From: Candidatus Iainarchaeum sp.
GTDB lineage: Archaea > Iainarchaeota > Iainarchaeia > Iainarchaeales > JAZDEL01
NCBI GenBank assembly: GCA_043808785.1
Contig: JAZDEL010000002.1
Coordinates: 237,611-269,610 of the forward strand
Length of the DNA: 32,000 bases
Direction: 5' to 3'
The position numbers and the translations under genes were made by a program. Numbering within the stretch: the first letter of the stretch is position 1; each line of letters opens with the position of its first letter. Positions 29,069-32,000 of the stretch are shown piece by piece. The notes under the pieces were generated by a model that saw only the letters and a program-made list of their open reading frames with translations, was not told where the DNA came from and did no database searches.

Positions 29069-30871
29069 ATGGCTCTCAAAAAAACTATCAAATATTTCAT
29101 GTGGGGTTTCCAGCACCATTTCTGCGGAGGTTTAGAAGTTGAGGCTGGCTTGTTGTTTGAGCGCCTATCCCCAAAACTGAACCCCAAGGTATTCTTAATA
29201 GGCGTACTTGAAGATGAAGGCGTTGAAGGACATCCTGTATGTGTTGAACCCGAAGATTGCGGAATATCTGTTGATGCGTTTGCTAATATTAAGGAACGTG
29301 CATCTGCGCTTTATGAATCGCATCCGAACAAAAATATGTGGCACTCGGTTGAGCACGCCCATAAAATCTTTCATGCACAACTTCAGGATGAATGTTTTTC
29401 GAATGCAGTTCAAGAAATATTAGATAAACACTTCGGGAAGGCGGGCATCTCCAGTTTTTTATCTCACCCAATTGTTATTTTAGGTTATAAAGTAATTGTT
29501 GTGCTTCAATTTAAAAAAATTATTTTGGGCAGCCTTTGTTTCCTCAGCAAGGACAAACATTTGTTGGGGGGCTCAAAACATCACGAAATAAACCTTTCAA
29601 GGTCTTTACTTGAATCAGTAATACACGTATTCCTTCGAGAAAGTTTCTTGGCCTTGCGCAGCCCAATGCCGGGGCAATACTTACAAATCATGGAGCGAGA
29701 TTATGATGAAATAATCAGAGATGGAGGCGTTAATTTTATGACCTCTATTGCGCTTCGCTCTTCTGATGAAGGCTATTCTGCCACAAGGTTATTCCCAATG
29801 TTTCATTCTGTTTCTGCGTTGAACTACGAAGGGCGTGCAGGCTCAGGGCGATTAATAATCTCAAAGAAAGGGCACCCAAATGTAAAAACGGTATTGTTAT
29901 TTAAGCATGAAATACGTCTCAGTAATTCTAGGGGAATAAGAGCCTTGCTAGAGTTGACTACTCACGAATCATACTTATTAACAAATGGCGAAGCCGCTTA
30001 TGGTGTAGGAGAACTTCAAGGCACATATGGCCCTGATAATGAAGACCTATTTGTTGTAGAATTCGAGGGACACTACAATTGGAAAGTCCTGCATAACCAC
30101 AAGACAGTTATGGTTGTTAAGGCTGGCTACCCTAGCGTATCTAGGCCCCCTATTGACACGGAAAAATTTAAGTCAGACTTGCAGAGGATATTTACTAAGT
30201 TTAACACTGGTGACATTGAGTTGTTATGGGAGTTATCTACGGCTGCAAGTCACCAGAAACATGGCGCACTTCTTATAATTTCAGATGGAGCTGCTGAAGA
30301 GGCTGTGCGCTTATCTGGCAGCGGAACACTTATAGCCCCTATAAAAGTAACCTCTGGATTAATAGGCCAGATTACTTCGATAGATGGGGCAATATTACTT
30401 GACAAACATTGCACATGCTATGCTGTCGGGGCGATTTTGGATGGCGATGCGACTTCTAAGGGTAAAACTACAAGGGGGTCAAGGTATAATTCTGCAATTA
30501 GATATGTAGAGCATATTTCGCCTAAATATAAGTCATTAGCGATAATAGTGTCCTCGGATGGCACAGTAGATATATACCCCGATTTATTGCCCCAAATTTC
30601 AAAAGTAGAACTCGAGAAACATGTCGACACATTGAAAGAGCAAGCGGAGTTGGAATCTGTAGCGTATGAAAATATTCGTGAATCCATAGTATGGCTAAAC
30701 GACCATCGGTCATATTTAACAAAAAAATATTGTGATGAGGCAAATACTGCTTATTCAAAAATTAAGCCCAAACTGAAATATGAAGGGCTGATGATCGTGT
30801 TAAATATCTTGCGACCAAATGAAGAAATAGACGACTCTTATTTTATAGAATCAAACGAATCGCCTAGTTGA
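29069..30871 (+). CDS. 600-aa protein: unknown N-terminal region + diadenylate cyclase (DisA_N/DAC)-like domain + helical tail
   Basis: DAC-like blocks in order: HGALLIISD, IDGAILLD (DGA, nt 30383-30391), AVGAILDG, TRGSRYNSAIRYVE (RYN at nt 30482-30490, where DACs have RHR), SLAIIVSSDGTVDIY. I set the start at ATG 29069 (MALKKTIKYF). The upstream 30 codons of the tracked ORF run through the hairpin and promoter. Confidence 0.75.
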   Translation: MALKKTIKYFMWGFQHHFCGGLEVEAGLLFERLSPKLNPKVFLIGVLEDEGVEGHPVCVEPEDCGISVDAFANIKERASALYESHPNKNMWHSVEHAHKIFHAQLQDECFSNAVQEILDKHFGKAGISSFLSHPIVILGYKVIVVLQFKKIILGSLCFLSKDKHLLGGSKHHEINLSRSLLESVIHVFLRESFLALRSPMPGQYLQIMERDYDEIIRDGGVNFMTSIALRSSDEGYSATRLFPMFHSVSALNYEGRAGSGRLIISKKGHPNVKTVLLFKHEIRLSNSRGIRALLELTTHESYLLTNGEAAYGVGELQGTYGPDNEDLFVVEFEGHYNWKVLHNHKTVMVVKAGYPSVSRPPIDTEKFKSDLQRIFTKFNTGDIELLWELSTAASHQKHGALLIISDGAAEEAVRLSGSGTLIAPIKVTSGLIGQITSIDGAILLDKHCTCYAVGAILDGDATSKGKTTRGSRYNSAIRYVEHISPKYKSLAIIVSSDGTVDIYPDLLPQISKVELEKHVDTLKEQAELESVAYENIRESIVWLNDHRSYLTKKYCDEANTAYSKIKPKLKYEGLMIVLNILRPNEEIDDSYFIESNESPS

Positions 30872-31251
30872 GTGATACCGCTATTTGCTGGCTCCGCCAG
30901 TTTCATCTGCCCCTTCCTCTTCCTCTCCAGATGTGCCAGCACCCTCGCAGTCTCCGCCATCTCCGCAACGCGCCTGTCCTTCAGCATCTCAAAAGTTTCT
31001 TTTATATCCCCGACGAAATAATCACCGCCCTCTGCGCGGCGCCCTGCAATGCCCGCGTCGAACAAATCCGTAAGGCACTGCTTAACCCTGCTGGGCCTGA
31101 GCCGCGCCTCTGCGGAAATCTCCTCCACGGTCTTCGGCGAAGAGGCGAGGAGCGCGTTGAAAACCCGCGCATGGTCAACCCCGAACCCGAGGCCGAAAGT
31201 TTCGAACAGCTCCCCCGCAACAGTAACCTCACAGCCGTCCTGCCGCTTCAT
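30838..31251 (-). CDS. TrmB/MarR-like winged-helix transcriptional regulator
   Basis: FGVDHARVFNALLASSPKTVEEISAEARLRPSRVKQCLTDLFDAGIAGRR fits the TrmB N-terminal wHTH pattern. ATG at 31251. The last 11 codons overlap the DAC-like gene convergently. Confidence 0.7.
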   Translation of the reverse strand: MKRQDGCEVTVAGELFETFGLGFGVDHARVFNALLASSPKTVEEISAEARLRPSRVKQCLTDLFDAGIAGRRAEGGDYFVGDIKETFEMLKDRRVAEMAETARVLAHLERKRKGQMKLAEPANSGITQLGDSFDSIK

Positions 31252-31335
31252 GCCCTAAGCCCCCGAGGGAATTTTCCCCGTTTAATAAATATTAGAACCC
31301 TCACTAAAATCCCCCTCTCTACGCCGCCCCCAGCG

Positions 31336-31977
31336 CTACCTGTGAACCATCCACGGCTTCAAAGTCCGCTCGTGCGCCCTGTCCAGCAGAACCCTGAAAA
31401 CCCTGTCAGTCTCCTGCTTCGCCTCGAGTATCTCCTGCTCCTTAACCAGCGCGCGGTTGTTGAAAAAAACCCTGCCGTCCCGCGGGCTGAGAATTATCCC
31501 GCCGCTCCCCGAACCCGCCTGCCTGATAATCCGCGAGAACAGCGCCGCACTGCTCCTTATCTCCTGCATCTCCCGCGCGGCAAGCCGCTTGTATTTCGTA
31601 ATAGGGTCCTCCGCGAAATAAAGCGCTGGGTGCGTGTGGTTTTTCGCAACAAGGCCGTTCTCAACCAAATCTTTCAGCGCCGTATAGAACAGCGGCTCGT
31701 TCGTTATCCCAATTTCCTTCATTATCTGCCCGCCTGTCTTAGGCTCCTTCGAAAGCAGGCAGCGGTATATCTTAGCGTGGTTCTCGCCGAACCGCGAAAT
31801 GAAACGCGAGAAAGTCCGCTTTATCACGGATATGTCGCTCTCTTCCACCCCGACCACCGCGCCCCCGGGAGGGGGGCGATCCAATCCTAATCCTCTGCCA
31901 AGATGTTCTGTATTTCTGCCTATACATAACGCTGTCTCGGCGATTAATATACCTTTGGTTGAATAAAAATCAACCAA
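31336..31977 (-). CDS. TrmB-like winged-helix transcriptional regulator (start uncertain)
   Basis: FGENHAKIYRCLLSKEPKTGGQIMKEIGITNEPLFYTALKDLVENGLVAK. The tracked start 31977 is TTG. In-frame GTGs at 31848 and 31827 would give an N-terminus comparable to the neighbouring paralog. Confidence 0.65.
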   Translation of the reverse strand: MVDFYSTKGILIAETALCIGRNTEHLGRGLGLDRPPPGGAVVGVEESDISVIKRTFSRFISRFGENHAKIYRCLLSKEPKTGGQIMKEIGITNEPLFYTALKDLVENGLVAKNHTHPALYFAEDPITKYKRLAAREMQEIRSSAALFSRIIRQAGSGSGGIILSPRDGRVFFNNRALVKEQEILEAKQETDRVFRVLLDRAHERTLKPWMVHR

Positions 31978-32000
31978 ACGGTTGATTTCCTCCCCGCTCA

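Larger units (their letters stand above)
29002..30871. other. low-GC single-gene insertion (putative horizontally acquired islet)
   Basis: Hand counts of sampled 60-nt lines give about 27-45% G+C inside (lines 29521, 29881, 30721). The adjacent line 31081 gives about 65%. The left edge coincides with the hairpin and the tRNA-like scar. The right edge overlaps the 3' end of a convergent gene. Confidence 0.55.

Noticed and set aside
30868-31890. 340-aa plus-strand ORF
   Set aside because: It is antisense to both TrmB-like genes. It is P/R/L-rich and has no motifs.
1-32000. CRISPR arrays, rRNA genes, IS transposases
   Set aside because: I found no regularly spaced 25-40-nt repeats, no rRNA-like conserved stretches and no transposase-like ORFs on either strand.

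Overview
Archaeal chromosomal segment. Evidence for archaea: fibrillarin plus Nop5, the archaeal CoA-pathway pair pantoate kinase / phosphopantothenate synthetase, a class-III-signal-peptide pilin, tRNAs with introns after position 37, TATA boxes about 25-30 nt upstream of start codons, and GGAGGTGA-type Shine-Dalgarno (SD) sites inside operons. I can support about 37 protein genes, 3 tRNAs and 1 tRNA-like remnant. Layout by coordinates: (1) 1-2412: three tandem, translationally coupled paralogs (winged helix plus unknown domain). (2) 2691-5584: Lrp/AsnC regulator, COG1373-type AAA ATPase, and two small divergent wHTH-like genes. (3) 5655: a tRNA with a non-canonical anticodon loop. (4) 5995-10779: surface operon (pilin-like protein, 1154-aa secreted protein, membrane-anchored protein). 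(5) 10798-24196: housekeeping block (ADP-forming acyl-CoA synthetase beta-like, argH, argG, ACT protein, beta-CASP RNase, NMD3-like, XRE HTH, tRNA-Arg, PPS, PoK, flpA, nop5, glyS). (6) 24298-30871: accessory DNA. It starts with tRNA-Thr plus a tyrosine integrase, followed by a membrane protein, a transglutaminase-like protein, a 160-bp inverted-repeat control region and three coupled small ORFs. A tRNA-like scar follows, then a sharply low-GC single-gene insertion. That gene encodes a large unknown N-terminus fused to a diadenylate-cyclase (DisA_N)-like domain with a degenerate RHR motif. It is my top candidate for an undescribed, possibly nucleotide-signalling or conflict, system. (7) 30838-31977: two TrmB-like regulators. 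Other notable points: upstream ORFs that mimic the N-termini of ArgG and the NMD3-like protein with mostly synonymous differences, and a Nop5 that appears to lack the N-terminal domain and carries a ~180-aa RGG-rich tail. I saw no CRISPR array, rRNA or transposase. All family calls are by-eye motif recognition; no searches or folding programs were run.
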